NCBI GenBank assembly: GCA_963813815.1
Contig: CAWFAD010000016.1
Span: 576,001 to 640,000, forward strand
Source: an uncultured bacterium
GTDB lineage: Bacteria; Krumholzibacteriota; Krumholzibacteriia; Krumholzibacteriales; Krumholzibacteriaceae
Direction: 5' to 3'
Length of the DNA: 64,000 nt
Shown here: piece by piece, positions 10,433 to 18,536 of the stretch
Numbering within the stretch: the stretch's first letter is position 1
Layout: each line of letters opens with the position of its first letter
Made by a program: the position numbers and the translations under genes
The notes under the pieces: generated by a model
What the model saw: the letters and a program-made list of their open reading frames with translations, nothing else
Database searches by the model: none
Told to the model about the DNA's origin: nothing

Positions 10433-11489
10433 GAGCCTCGAGCACCGGTCCCTCGCGGAGCGCCACGCCGAGGCCGGGGGCATTCGGCAGAACGAGCCTT
10501 CCCTTCTCGACCGTCACTCCCGTCGCCGGATCGTTCACGATGAGCAGATTTCCGTCGAGATCCGCGTAGTCGACGAGCGGCGAGATCTGCGCCGCGGCGG
10601 TGATTCCCACCGAGCTTTCGATCATGCACCCGAGCATGATCATCATCCCGTGCTCGCGCGCCGCGCGGATGAGCCGGAGCGCCTCCCGCAGCCCGCCGCA
10701 TTTCATGAGCTTGATGTTGACGCCGCGGAACGCCCCGGCGAGAGCCGGGATGTCCTCCGCCGATAGCACGCTCTCGTCGGCGAAGAGCGGGATCGATGTC
10801 CGCGCGGCGAGCATTCGCGTTCCCTCGAGATCGCCGGCGGGCAGGGGCTGCTCGACGAGCTCGACGTTCTGCCCCTCGAGCCACCGGAGCTTCTCGATCG
10901 CCTCCTCCCGCGTCCAACCCTCGTTCGCGTCGACGCGAAGCGGGCAGGAGGTCGCGCGGCGCACCGCCGCGAGGATCTCGCGGTCGTTGTCGAGACCCAT
11001 CTTTATCTTGAGCACGGGAAAATCCGCGGCTTCCCGCGCCTTGCGCTCGACGATGTCCGGCGCATCGATGCCGATCGTGTACGAGGTGACGGGAGCGCGA
11101 GAGGGGTCGAGCCCGAGGAGCCGGTGGAGGGGAACCCCCGCCCGCCGGCCCGCGATATCGTGGAGGGCCATGTCGAGCGCGGCGAGGGCGGCCTTCTCCC
11201 CCCCGAGGATCCGCGCGGCGGCGTCGAGCGCCTCGTCGATCCCTTGGGGCGCGGCGAGCACCGATGCGGGGAGCGACTCGAGCGCGCGCTCGGCCGAGAG
11301 CGCGCTCTGCCCGTATCGCGGCGACGGCGCGGCCTCCCCGAAGCCGTCGATCCCGCCCGCCCCGATCCTGACGATGATCGTCTCCCGGTGATCGTCGGCG
11401 GATCTCGCGATGCGGAACGTATGCGCGAGCTCGAGCCGCGCTCTGGCGAGCGAGAGAACGGGATGCGGGTTTTCCGTCGGGATCGTCAT
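10398..11489 (-). CDS. L-Ala-D/L-Glu (dipeptide) epimerase, enolase superfamily
   Basis: GFGEAAP, LKIKMG (KxK), RVDANEGW, VEQP, FADES, NIKLMKCGG, GCMIES, DLDG. Confidence 0.9.
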   Translation of the reverse strand: MTIPTENPHPVLSLARARLELAHTFRIARSADDHRETIIVRIGAGGIDGFGEAAPSPRYGQSALSAERALESLPASVLAAPQGIDEALDAAARILGGEKAALAALDMALHDIAGRRAGVPLHRLLGLDPSRAPVTSYTIGIDAPDIVERKAREAADFPVLKIKMGLDNDREILAAVRRATSCPLRVDANEGWTREEAIEKLRWLEGQNVELVEQPLPAGDLEGTRMLAARTSIPLFADESVLSAEDIPALAGAFRGVNIKLMKCGGLREALRLIRAAREHGMMIMLGCMIESSVGITAAAQISPLVDYADLDGNLLIVNDPATGVTVEKGRLVLPNAPGLGVALREGPVLEALRAGSRRSRPE

Positions 11490-11631
11490 GCGAGCCTCCG
11501 AGAAATGGAGCGCGCCCCTTGCTTTCCGCTTTCAAAAAGGCCGGCGGAAGCTATAATAGGCGTGGCGCAATTTTCCCGCAAGCGTATGTTCCCGCCCGCC
11601 CGGCGCCGGCGGAACAAGGAGGGGGTAGAGC

Positions 11632-13758
11632 ATGACATCGGTCCGCCGGCGAAAGGGCCAGCCGAAGCTCGCGCCGGACATCGCGAACCTCGTGTTCGGG
11701 GCTCTCGACTATTCGACCGACGGGATCGCCATCGGCTCGGTCGACGGCACGATCTACTACCACAACAAGGCCTGGATCGACATACACAACTGGGCGAAGA
11801 CCTTCGACGCCAGGGGGCGGAACATCAAGATCGTCGAGCGCAAGGAGCTCAAGCCCGTGCTCCACGAGGTGTTCAAGGGTCTCAATGCGCGGGGGCATTT
11901 CAGCGGGACGTTCGGGATCACCCGTCCCGACGGGCTGTACCACGATCTTCTGATCAACGCGCAAGTCATCAAGAGATTCGAGCCTCCGATCGTCGTCGCC
12001 ATTATACGAGACGTCACGGAGCTCATGCAGGTCAAGAGGGCCCTCGAGCGGCGGGGCGACGAGCTCGCCGTCCTGAACGAGATACATCGCGTCATGCAGT
12101 GCGCGCGCGACCGGAAAACGGTGGTCCGAAAGATGCTCCGGCTCCTCGGGGATTTCATCGGCGCCGCTTCCGCGGGAATCTACGAGGTTGATAGGGCCCT
12201 GGAATGCTCGCAGCTCATCGATTGCTACGGGTTGCCCGAGCACATCCGGCGGAGGATCGAACGCGTGCCGAGGACCGACAGCGCATTCAAGCGCATACAG
12301 GCGTCGAAGCGCGCTATGGTCATGGAGGAGGATCTTCCCGGCCACCGGGGAGGGCGGTGCGACATCCGAAAGGCCTTGGGCTACGATCGCGTCGTCAGTC
12401 TCGCTTTCAGAACGGAGGCCCGGCGCGATTATCAGATCATTTTCGGGCTCAAGAAGGGAAGCGATCTCGGCGCGGGTGTTCGCCGGTTCCTCGAGACCGC
12501 CGCCAATCAGTTCGGCATCGCCCTCGACAGAGTCGAGATGATCGAAAAGCTCGGCGAGCGGGAGCGCGAGATCGCGCGCCGCGCCGACGAACTCGAGGTG
12601 TTCGCCAAGCTCCACAACTCGATGGTGGCCTCCGACAAGCGCTCCGTCGTCGTGCGGAAGATGTTCGAGATCATCCGGGATTTCGTCGGAGCGACGGGGC
12701 TCGCCATGTACCGGATCGATCCCAAGTCCGAGCACGCCGAGCTCGTGCATTGCATCGGGCTCGCCAAAGGCGTGGCTCGCTCCGTCGAACGCGTTTCCAT
12801 GCGGGGAACGGCCTTTTCGGCCATGACGCGGGCCAAGCATGTCTTTGTCATAGAGGAGGAGATGCCGGGCTATCGCGGCGGAAGCGTTGACATACGGCGG
12901 CGGGTCGGCGTGAAAACCACCGTGGGTTTCATGTTCCGCACGGGCGGCAAGATGGATTTTCTGCTCGTTCTCGGCTTCCGGAAGGAGAAGCGCGTCACTC
13001 CCGAGCTTCGCCGGTTCTTCGACAACGTCGGGAGACATTTCGCCATCGCGGTCGAGCGCCTCGACTTTCTCGAGACGCTCGGCGCCCGCGAGGCGGAGCT
13101 CCAGAATCTCAACGCGCGCCTCATCGAGGCGGGGGAGGAGCATCGGCGCCGGTGCGCGATGCAGATCCACGACGAGTTCGGCCAGGCTCTCACCGGGCTC
13201 GGTCTCGAGCTCGCCGCGATGGAGAGGAATTTTCACGGATCGAATCCCCGGGCGCAGGAGATTTTCGCCGGCGCGCGCGAGAGGATACGGAGCATCGCCG
13301 GCTCGATGCGCACGTTTTCGCAGTCGCTCCACCCGGCGCTGCTCGACGAGCTCGGCCTGCTCCCGACGCTCGAATGGTACATCGGGGAGTGGCAGAGGGC
13401 GTCCGGCATCGACGTCCAGTTCTCTTTCGCCGGGTTCGACCGGCAGCCGCCGCGGGCGGTCGCCGTCGCGCTCTACCGCGTCGTGCAAGAATGCCTCACG
13501 AACATCAGGAAACACTCGGGCGCCGCGCGGGTGAAGATTACGCTGGCAAAGGGGCACCCGTATGCTATACTGCACTGCGAGGATAACGGCAGAGGGTTTT
13601 CGCTCATCGGTGGGACCAGCGGAAAAAAGGGACTCGGTCTCGTGTCCATGCGGGAGCGGGTCGAATCGTTGGGCGGCTCTTTCCAGATAGAATCCTCGCC
13701 GGGAAAGGGCACCCGGATTCGGGTCAAGATACCTCTCGGGGCGCGCCATGCTCAATAA
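11632..13758 (+). CDS. Cytoplasmic sensor histidine kinase, PAS-GAF-GAF-HisKA_3-HATPase
   Basis: [24 protein letters not shown]-box; YRVVQECLTNIRKHS, EDNGRGF, GLGLVSMRERV; no TM segments; TATAAT at 11552-11557 upstream. Confidence 0.9.
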   Translation: MTSVRRRKGQPKLAPDIANLVFGALDYSTDGIAIGSVDGTIYYHNKAWIDIHNWAKTFDARGRNIKIVERKELKPVLHEVFKGLNARGHFSGTFGITRPDGLYHDLLINAQVIKRFEPPIVVAIIRDVTELMQVKRALERRGDELAVLNEIHRVMQCARDRKTVVRKMLRLLGDFIGAASAGIYEVDRALECSQLIDCYGLPEHIRRRIERVPRTDSAFKRIQASKRAMVMEEDLPGHRGGRCDIRKALGYDRVVSLAFRTEARRDYQIIFGLKKGSDLGAGVRRFLETAANQFGIALDRVEMIEKLGEREREIARRADELEVFAKLHNSMVASDKRSVVVRKMFEIIRDFVGATGLAMYRIDPKSEHAELVHCIGLAKGVARSVERVSMRGTAFSAMTRAKHVFVIEEEMPGYRGGSVDIRRRVGVKTTVGFMFRTGGKMDFLLVLGFRKEKRVTPELRRFFDNVGRHFAIAVERLDFLETLGAREAELQNLNARLIEAGEEHRRRCAMQIHDEFGQALTGLGLELAAMERNFHGSNPRAQEIFAGARERIRSIAGSMRTFSQSLHPALLDELGLLPTLEWYIGEWQRASGIDVQFSFAGFDRQPPRAVAVALYRVVQECLTNIRKHSGAARVKITLAKGHPYAILHCEDNGRGFSLIGGTSGKKGLGLVSMRERVESLGGSFQIESSPGKGTRIRVKIPLGARHAQ

Positions 13759-14398
13759 ACCACGCACGATTCTCGTGGAAGATCACACGATCGTCCGCGA
13801 AGGGCTGCGTCCGCTGCTCGAGGCCCGCGGCGCCGAGATCGTCGGAGAGGCGGGGGATGGGCTCGAGGCGGTGAAGCTCGCCAAGGAGCGCAAGCCCGAT
13901 CTCGTCATCATGGATCTCATGCTTCCCCGCCTCAGCGGTATCGAGGCCGCGCGGCGCATTCGAAAAATTCTGCCCCACGTAAAGATCATCATGCTCACGA
14001 TCCACGACGAGCCGCCGTTCGTTTTTAAATCGCTGGAGGCCGGCGCGAACGGATTCCTCGTGAAGGAGTCGCCGCTCGAGGAGCTCGTCGCGGCCATCAA
14101 GGCGGTCATGAACGGAGAGACCTATCTCAGCTCCAACTTCCCCCGGACGCTTCTCGGCTCCTACGCGAAGTATCGAAAGCGCGGCAAGAAAACGGACGAG
14201 TTCGCGATGCTCACGAAGCGGGAGCGAGAGATTCTCCAGTATATCGCGGAGGGGTACACGAGCCCCCAGATCGCGGAGGTGCTGTTCATCAGCCGCAAAA
14301 CGGTCGAGAATCACAGGGCCAACATTATGGAGAAATTGAACATACACGATACCGCCGGTCTCGTGCGGTACGCGCTCAAGATAGGACTCGTGGATTGA
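13748..14398 (+). CDS. NarL/LuxR-family response regulator
   Basis: LVEDH, VIMDLMLP, GFLVK receiver domain; LTKREREILQYIAEG...IAEVLFISRKTVENHRANIMEKL HTH; overlaps the kinase stop. Confidence 0.93.
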   Translation: MLNKPRTILVEDHTIVREGLRPLLEARGAEIVGEAGDGLEAVKLAKERKPDLVIMDLMLPRLSGIEAARRIRKILPHVKIIMLTIHDEPPFVFKSLEAGANGFLVKESPLEELVAAIKAVMNGETYLSSNFPRTLLGSYAKYRKRGKKTDEFAMLTKREREILQYIAEGYTSPQIAEVLFISRKTVENHRANIMEKLNIHDTAGLVRYALKIGLVD

Positions 14399-14586
14399 AG
14401 TCGCGGCGTTTTCATATCTCGTTGTCGTCGAGTCCGTTATAGACTCTACCAAAAATAAGTACATGTACCCATTGAAGTGTACTGATGATATGGGTATGCT
14501 GTATTTGAGACTGAAATGCACCTCGGGGACGCAACAGGGTGAATATAGAGAATCGAACGACGCGGAGGTAAGGGATAGCGCGTAGC

Positions 14587-14614
14587 TTGACCGACAAGAA
14601 GACGTAAATAGGGT
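14587..14614 (+). promoter_or_regulatory. Putative sigma70 promoter for the candidate ncRNA
   Basis: TTGACC-N16-TAGGGT; the same TTGACC -35 occurs at the pepD and pruA promoters in this window. Confidence 0.4.
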
Positions 14615-14798
14615 TTGCCGCCTGACACCGGGAACTGATCCCATCCTACCCAAAAACCCCATCTCTTCCCCTAGGAGATGAGCCGCTTATCTGGGAGAGG
14701 TTTCCACCCGGCAACGGGCCGAACCAGCAACGCTCCAATGAGAGTCCCTTAGGATCGCTTTCCACAAAAGGAGCTGAGGTTCACCGTCAGGCGGCAAA
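14614..14798 (+). ncRNA. Candidate structured ncRNA of ~185 nt (6S-like or novel)
   Basis: Perfect 13-bp terminal inverted repeat TTTGCCGCCTGAC/GTCAGGCGGCAAA, extendable by G-U pairs on +; internal helices; GNRA-capped hairpin CCCG-GCAA-CGGG; intergenic; followed by an intrinsic terminator. Confidence 0.55.
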
Positions 14799-14803
14799 TT
14801 TTT

Positions 14804-14844
14804 AAAGGGCGGAGGCCGGTAGGCGTCTCCGCCCTTTTCTTTTT
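14804..14844 (+). terminator. Rho-independent terminator
   Basis: Stem GGGCGGAG (14807-14814)/CTCCGCCC (14827-14834) followed by TTTTCTTTTT. Confidence 0.8.
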
Positions 14845-14937
14845 CCGCGGCCGCCGCCGCATGCCGCGCGAGGCGGCCCGTGAATGAGACCGCCCCCCCG
14901 GCTGTATCGACTGCAGAACGGCGGGGAAAGGATCTCG

Positions 14938-15258
14938 ATGCTCACGGGCGGCGGCTGGCTCGAGAAAAGAAAGCGGATCAGGGCGGATCTCTCCCGGGAG
15001 TTTTCGGCCCGCGCCGCGATAGGTCCCGCCGATTTTCTGCGATCGTTCTACGACGCCCCCGCGCCCCCCTGCATGCACGAGTTCCGAAGCCGCTACATCC
15101 CGGACGCCGGCACGCTGGACGAGATTCTCGCCGCCATCGCGTCGCGCACGGGGCTCGCGGCGCGTGCGGTCGAGGCGCGATTTTCGGGCACCGACACGTT
15201 TCCCCAATTTGGCGAGCGCCTTCTCCGTTCGGGCGCCTATGCGGGAGCGGCGCGATGA
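14938..15258 (+). CDS. Hypothetical protein (106 aa)
   Basis: RBS-like GGGGAAAGGA before ATG 14938; ATGA coupling with the next gene; no recognisable family. Confidence 0.5.
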   Translation: MLTGGGWLEKRKRIRADLSREFSARAAIGPADFLRSFYDAPAPPCMHEFRSRYIPDAGTLDEILAAIASRTGLAARAVEARFSGTDTFPQFGERLLRSGAYAGAAR

Positions 15259-16451
15259 TCCGCCCGGCGGCGGCTCTTGCTCTCGCTCTCGCGCTCGGCC
15301 GCGCCGGGGCCGCGCGGAGCGCGGCGCTCGAGGCCCGGGGCGCCTTGTACTACGACCGGGGGCACTACTGGATCGAAATCGCCTTTCATGACGGGACGGG
15401 GCGCGACACGATCCCGCCGGATCTCTCCGCCGGCCGCTTCGAAATATGGAAGGTCGGCGACGATCGCGGATTCCGGCCGACGCGGATCGAGATCGTTCCG
15501 GGGAACGGGACGGGGGCGTCGGTCGTGCTCTCGACGTCGAGGATCGAGGGCCGCTGCTGCTATCGCGTTACGTTCACTCCGGCGAGCGGCGGCGCCGTCG
15601 CCGCCGATTCGATCTGCGACCCGTTCGCGCCGGGAACGGCGGCGGGAGAGAGCGGAAGCAGGGCGTTCTTCCGCGCGCACGTCGCGGGCGCCTTCCGCCG
15701 CGACGGGGAGGGGAGCGGGCTCAACGAGCTCGCGTACGGATACGATTTCTCCCGGGAGCGCTCGGTTACGGATTTCTGCGTCGCGCCTCGCCTGCGCTGG
15801 AAAGGATGGACGGCTGAGGTGATCGTAAAGCGCGGCGAGACCTCGCTCTCGACCTCAGCGTCGCGCGGTACCTCCGCCGTTCGGACGGGCGCGTCGGCGT
15901 CGCTCTCGCGATCGGCCTGGGCGAACGGTCTCAGGTGCTCTGCTTCGGCCTCGTACGGCGCGGACCGAACGGCGCTCGAGCTCGCCGCCGGGGACTCGAC
16001 GGTGCGCTCGCGGTGCGCGGCCGTCGAGGGACGCGTAAGGCTCGATAACCTCTTCGATCCGATCAACCGCTATCCGGCGAGCGTTCTCGCGGGGGTCGAA
16101 GCCGCCTTCGGTTACTCGTGGCGATCGGCGGACGGCGACGGCCCGTCGGGCGGGGGACGATTCGGGGACCTCGTTCCGTACGCGAGCGCCGGCGCCTCGT
16201 GGACCTTTCTCTACGGGTTTCGGTTGTCCTATTCCCTGTGGTCCTTCCTGCCGTCCTCCGCCGGCGAATCCTTCGCGGCGTTTCACTCGGTGAGAGCGAG
16301 GCTGCTGCTCGGCGGCGTGCTCGCGCCCCCGGCCGAGCGGACGTACCATCCGGACGTCGAGCTCGTTTGGGAGACGGGGAAACGGCTTCCCCTCCTCGAG
16401 CGTGAGGAGAAGCTCTCGCTCGGATTCACCTTCGGCATCTATCCGTGGTGA
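15255..16451 (+). CDS. Secreted hypothetical protein, probable OM beta-barrel C-terminal domain
   Basis: Signal peptide MIRPAAALALALALGRAGAARSA; alternating-strand pattern; ends LSLGFTFGIYPW (aromatic C-terminus). Confidence 0.6.
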   Translation: MIRPAAALALALALGRAGAARSAALEARGALYYDRGHYWIEIAFHDGTGRDTIPPDLSAGRFEIWKVGDDRGFRPTRIEIVPGNGTGASVVLSTSRIEGRCCYRVTFTPASGGAVAADSICDPFAPGTAAGESGSRAFFRAHVAGAFRRDGEGSGLNELAYGYDFSRERSVTDFCVAPRLRWKGWTAEVIVKRGETSLSTSASRGTSAVRTGASASLSRSAWANGLRCSASASYGADRTALELAAGDSTVRSRCAAVEGRVRLDNLFDPINRYPASVLAGVEAAFGYSWRSADGDGPSGGGRFGDLVPYASAGASWTFLYGFRLSYSLWSFLPSSAGESFAAFHSVRARLLLGGVLAPPAERTYHPDVELVWETGKRLPLLEREEKLSLGFTFGIYPW

Positions 16452-16852
16452 GCGTCCGCGTCGATGACGCGGACGAGGCACCGGCGCGTGCGCGGCCCGT
16501 CGAACTCGCAGAAGAATATCGCCTGCCACGTGCCGAGGACGGCGCCGCCCTCGCTCACCGGCACGAGCGCGGAGACCCCCGTGAGAGTCGATTTCACGTG
16601 GGCGTGGGCGTTCCCCTCGGCGTGCCGGTATTCGTCTCCCTCGGGGACGAGCCTCGAGAGCGTTTCGTCGAGGTCGCGCGTCACGTCGGGGTCGGCCTTT
16701 TCGTTGACCGTGACGCCCGCCGTGGTATGGGGCACGAAGATGTGGCAGAGTCCTTCCCGGACGCCGCTCCGCGCGATGATCCTCTGAACGTCGGCGGTGA
16801 TGTCGACGATCTCGGTTCGCGCGCGCGTGCGCAGCGTGAGCTCGTGCAGCAT
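16439..16852 (-). CDS. yjbQ: YjbQ/UPF0047 family protein (secondary thiamine-phosphate synthase-like)
   Basis: HTTAGVTVNE.ADPDV, YRHAEGNAHAHVKS, LGTWQAIFFCEFDGPR. Confidence 0.92.
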   Translation of the reverse strand: MLHELTLRTRARTEIVDITADVQRIIARSGVREGLCHIFVPHTTAGVTVNEKADPDVTRDLDETLSRLVPEGDEYRHAEGNAHAHVKSTLTGVSALVPVSEGGAVLGTWQAIFFCEFDGPRTRRCLVRVIDADAHHG

Positions 16853-16887
16853 GCGAACCTCCTTGCATCCGGCCGGGCGAACGCCCC

Positions 16888-16916
16888 TTGACCGTTCTGT
16901 CGTCCGTCCGTATAAT
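16888..16916 (+). promoter_or_regulatory. sigma70 promoter of pepD
   Basis: TTGACC-N17-TATAAT. Confidence 0.75.
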
Positions 16917-16960
16917 AGCGCATTCTATCCCGGCGTTCAATTTCAAGGAGGTCCGTCGTC

Positions 16961-18427
16961 ATGTCCATCAGCGGCCTGGAACCGAAGATTCTCTGGAAAC
17001 ACTTCGACAAGATTCGAAGCATTCCCCACTGCTCCGGGCACGAGGAGAAGCTCGCCGAGTATCTCATGTCGTACGCGAAGGGGAAGGGGCTCGAGGCGGA
17101 GAAGGATCGCAACGGCAACGTCATCGTCCGCGTGGCGGCCACGCCGGGGCACGAGGGGGCGCCGACCGTCGTTCTGCAGGGGCACATAGACATGGTGTGC
17201 GAGAAGAACTCGGACGTCGCGCACGATTTTTCGAAGGACCCGATCCAGCTCGAGTTTCAGGGGGAATGGCTCAAAGCGAAGGGCACGACGCTCGGCGCGG
17301 ACAACGGCATCGGGCTCGCCGCGGCGCTCGCGACGATCGAGGCGAAGGACGCCGTGCACGGGCCGCTCGAGCTTCTCTTCACGGTCGACGAGGAGGTCGG
17401 CCTCACGGGCGCCGGCAAGCTCAAGCCGGGATTCGTGAAGGGCGGCATGATGCTGAACCTCGACAGCGAGGAGCTCGGAGCGGTCTACATCGGCTGCGCC
17501 GGCGGAGGCGACACGACGCTCAAGCTTCCGCTCGGCTTCGCCGACGCGCACGCCGGGACGAAGGGGTTCGTGCTGCGCGTGAGCGGGCTTCGCGGAGGGC
17601 ATTCGGGAATCGACATACACGAGCAGCGCGGAAACGCGATCAAGGTGCTCGCGCGCTGTCTCTGGAAGGCGGCCCGCACCCAGCCCGTGCATCTCGTGAG
17701 CGTGAGAGGCGGCAGCAAGCGGAACGCCATCCCGCGCGAGGCGGAAGCGGAGCTCATGGTGCTCGAGACGGCGATCGACGAACTCTCGGGAATCATCGGC
17801 GACGAGGTCGCGAAGATCGGCGATGAGCTCGGGGGCCGCGAGGCGAACCTGTCGGTCAAGATCGCTCCGGCCGAGCGCCCGTCGGGCCGGGTCATGGACG
17901 CCTCGTCCCAGCAGAAGCTCCTCAATCTCCTCATGGCGCTCCCGCACGGCGTGTTCGCGATGAGCTACGACATAGCGGGGCTCGTGGAGACCTCGAACAA
18001 CCTCGCGACGATAGCGACGGGCGGGGACGAGGCCGTGATCGGGCTTTCGACCCGCAGCTCCATCGTGAGCGCCCTCAAGGCGCTGCGCGACAAGATCCGC
18101 GCCGTGGCCGACCTCTCCGGCGCCGCGGTCGAGGAGAACGAACCCTATCCGGGCTGGAAGCCGAACCTCGACTCGAAGCTGCTCGCCGTCGTGAAATCGG
18201 TGCACGTGCGCGAGTTCGGCGGCGAGCCCGCGCTCAAGGCGATCCACGCCGGGCTCGAATGCGGCATCATCGGCGAGAAGTATCCGGGAATGGACATGGT
18301 CTCGTTCGGACCGTGGATCGAGCATCCGCATTCCCCGGACGAGCGGGTCAACATTCCCTCAGTCGAAACGTTCTGGAAGGTTCTCCGGGCCGTGCTGGCC
18401 GAGCTCGCGACGAAGCGGGTCGCCTAG
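16961..18427 (+). CDS. pepD: Aminoacyl-histidine dipeptidase (M20C)
   Basis: LQGHIDMVCEK, TTLGADNGIG, FTVDEEVGL, LNLDSEE, GGHSG, IHAGLECG, HSPDE. Confidence 0.95.
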   Translation: MSISGLEPKILWKHFDKIRSIPHCSGHEEKLAEYLMSYAKGKGLEAEKDRNGNVIVRVAATPGHEGAPTVVLQGHIDMVCEKNSDVAHDFSKDPIQLEFQGEWLKAKGTTLGADNGIGLAAALATIEAKDAVHGPLELLFTVDEEVGLTGAGKLKPGFVKGGMMLNLDSEELGAVYIGCAGGGDTTLKLPLGFADAHAGTKGFVLRVSGLRGGHSGIDIHEQRGNAIKVLARCLWKAARTQPVHLVSVRGGSKRNAIPREAEAELMVLETAIDELSGIIGDEVAKIGDELGGREANLSVKIAPAERPSGRVMDASSQQKLLNLLMALPHGVFAMSYDIAGLVETSNNLATIATGGDEAVIGLSTRSSIVSALKALRDKIRAVADLSGAAVEENEPYPGWKPNLDSKLLAVVKSVHVREFGGEPALKAIHAGLECGIIGEKYPGMDMVSFGPWIEHPHSPDERVNIPSVETFWKVLRAVLAELATKRVA

Positions 18428-18469
18428 CGGTTTCGAGCGGATCAGCCGCGCGCGGCGCGGCGGTAAGGA

Positions 18470-18501
18470 AAGAGGCCGGGTTCCCGCGAACCCGGCCTCT
18501 T
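18470..18501. terminator. Hairpin between convergent pepD and pruA, probably a bidirectional terminator
   Basis: 14-bp stem AAGAGGCCGGGTTC-ccgc-GAACCCGGCCTCTT. Confidence 0.7.
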
Positions 18502-18536
18502 CGTTTGCGGTCGATCGAGGCTTCCTCTCCCCGGTC

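Noticed and set aside
14482..14520. CTGATGA...GAAA hammerhead-like core
   Set aside because: No stem II closing pair between the motifs and no convincing stems I/III.
14412..14628. Small minus-strand ORFs of 60-61 aa in the AT-rich intergenic region
   Set aside because: Atypical codon usage, no clear RBS or motif, and they overlap the putative promoter and operator elements.
14686..14735. Partial resemblance to SAM-I (CTTATC...GCAAC) or glycine (GGAGAG...GCCGAA) riboswitches
   Set aside because: Core elements are missing (no GAGGGA..GGCCC..GA kink-turn/pseudoknot, no CTCTCAGG), and there is no relevant downstream gene.
14614..14798. Retron msr-msd (a1/a2 repeats) or MITE interpretation of the 13-bp inverted repeat
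   Set aside because: No reverse transcriptase or transposase in the window, no flanking target-site duplication, and no second copy seen.
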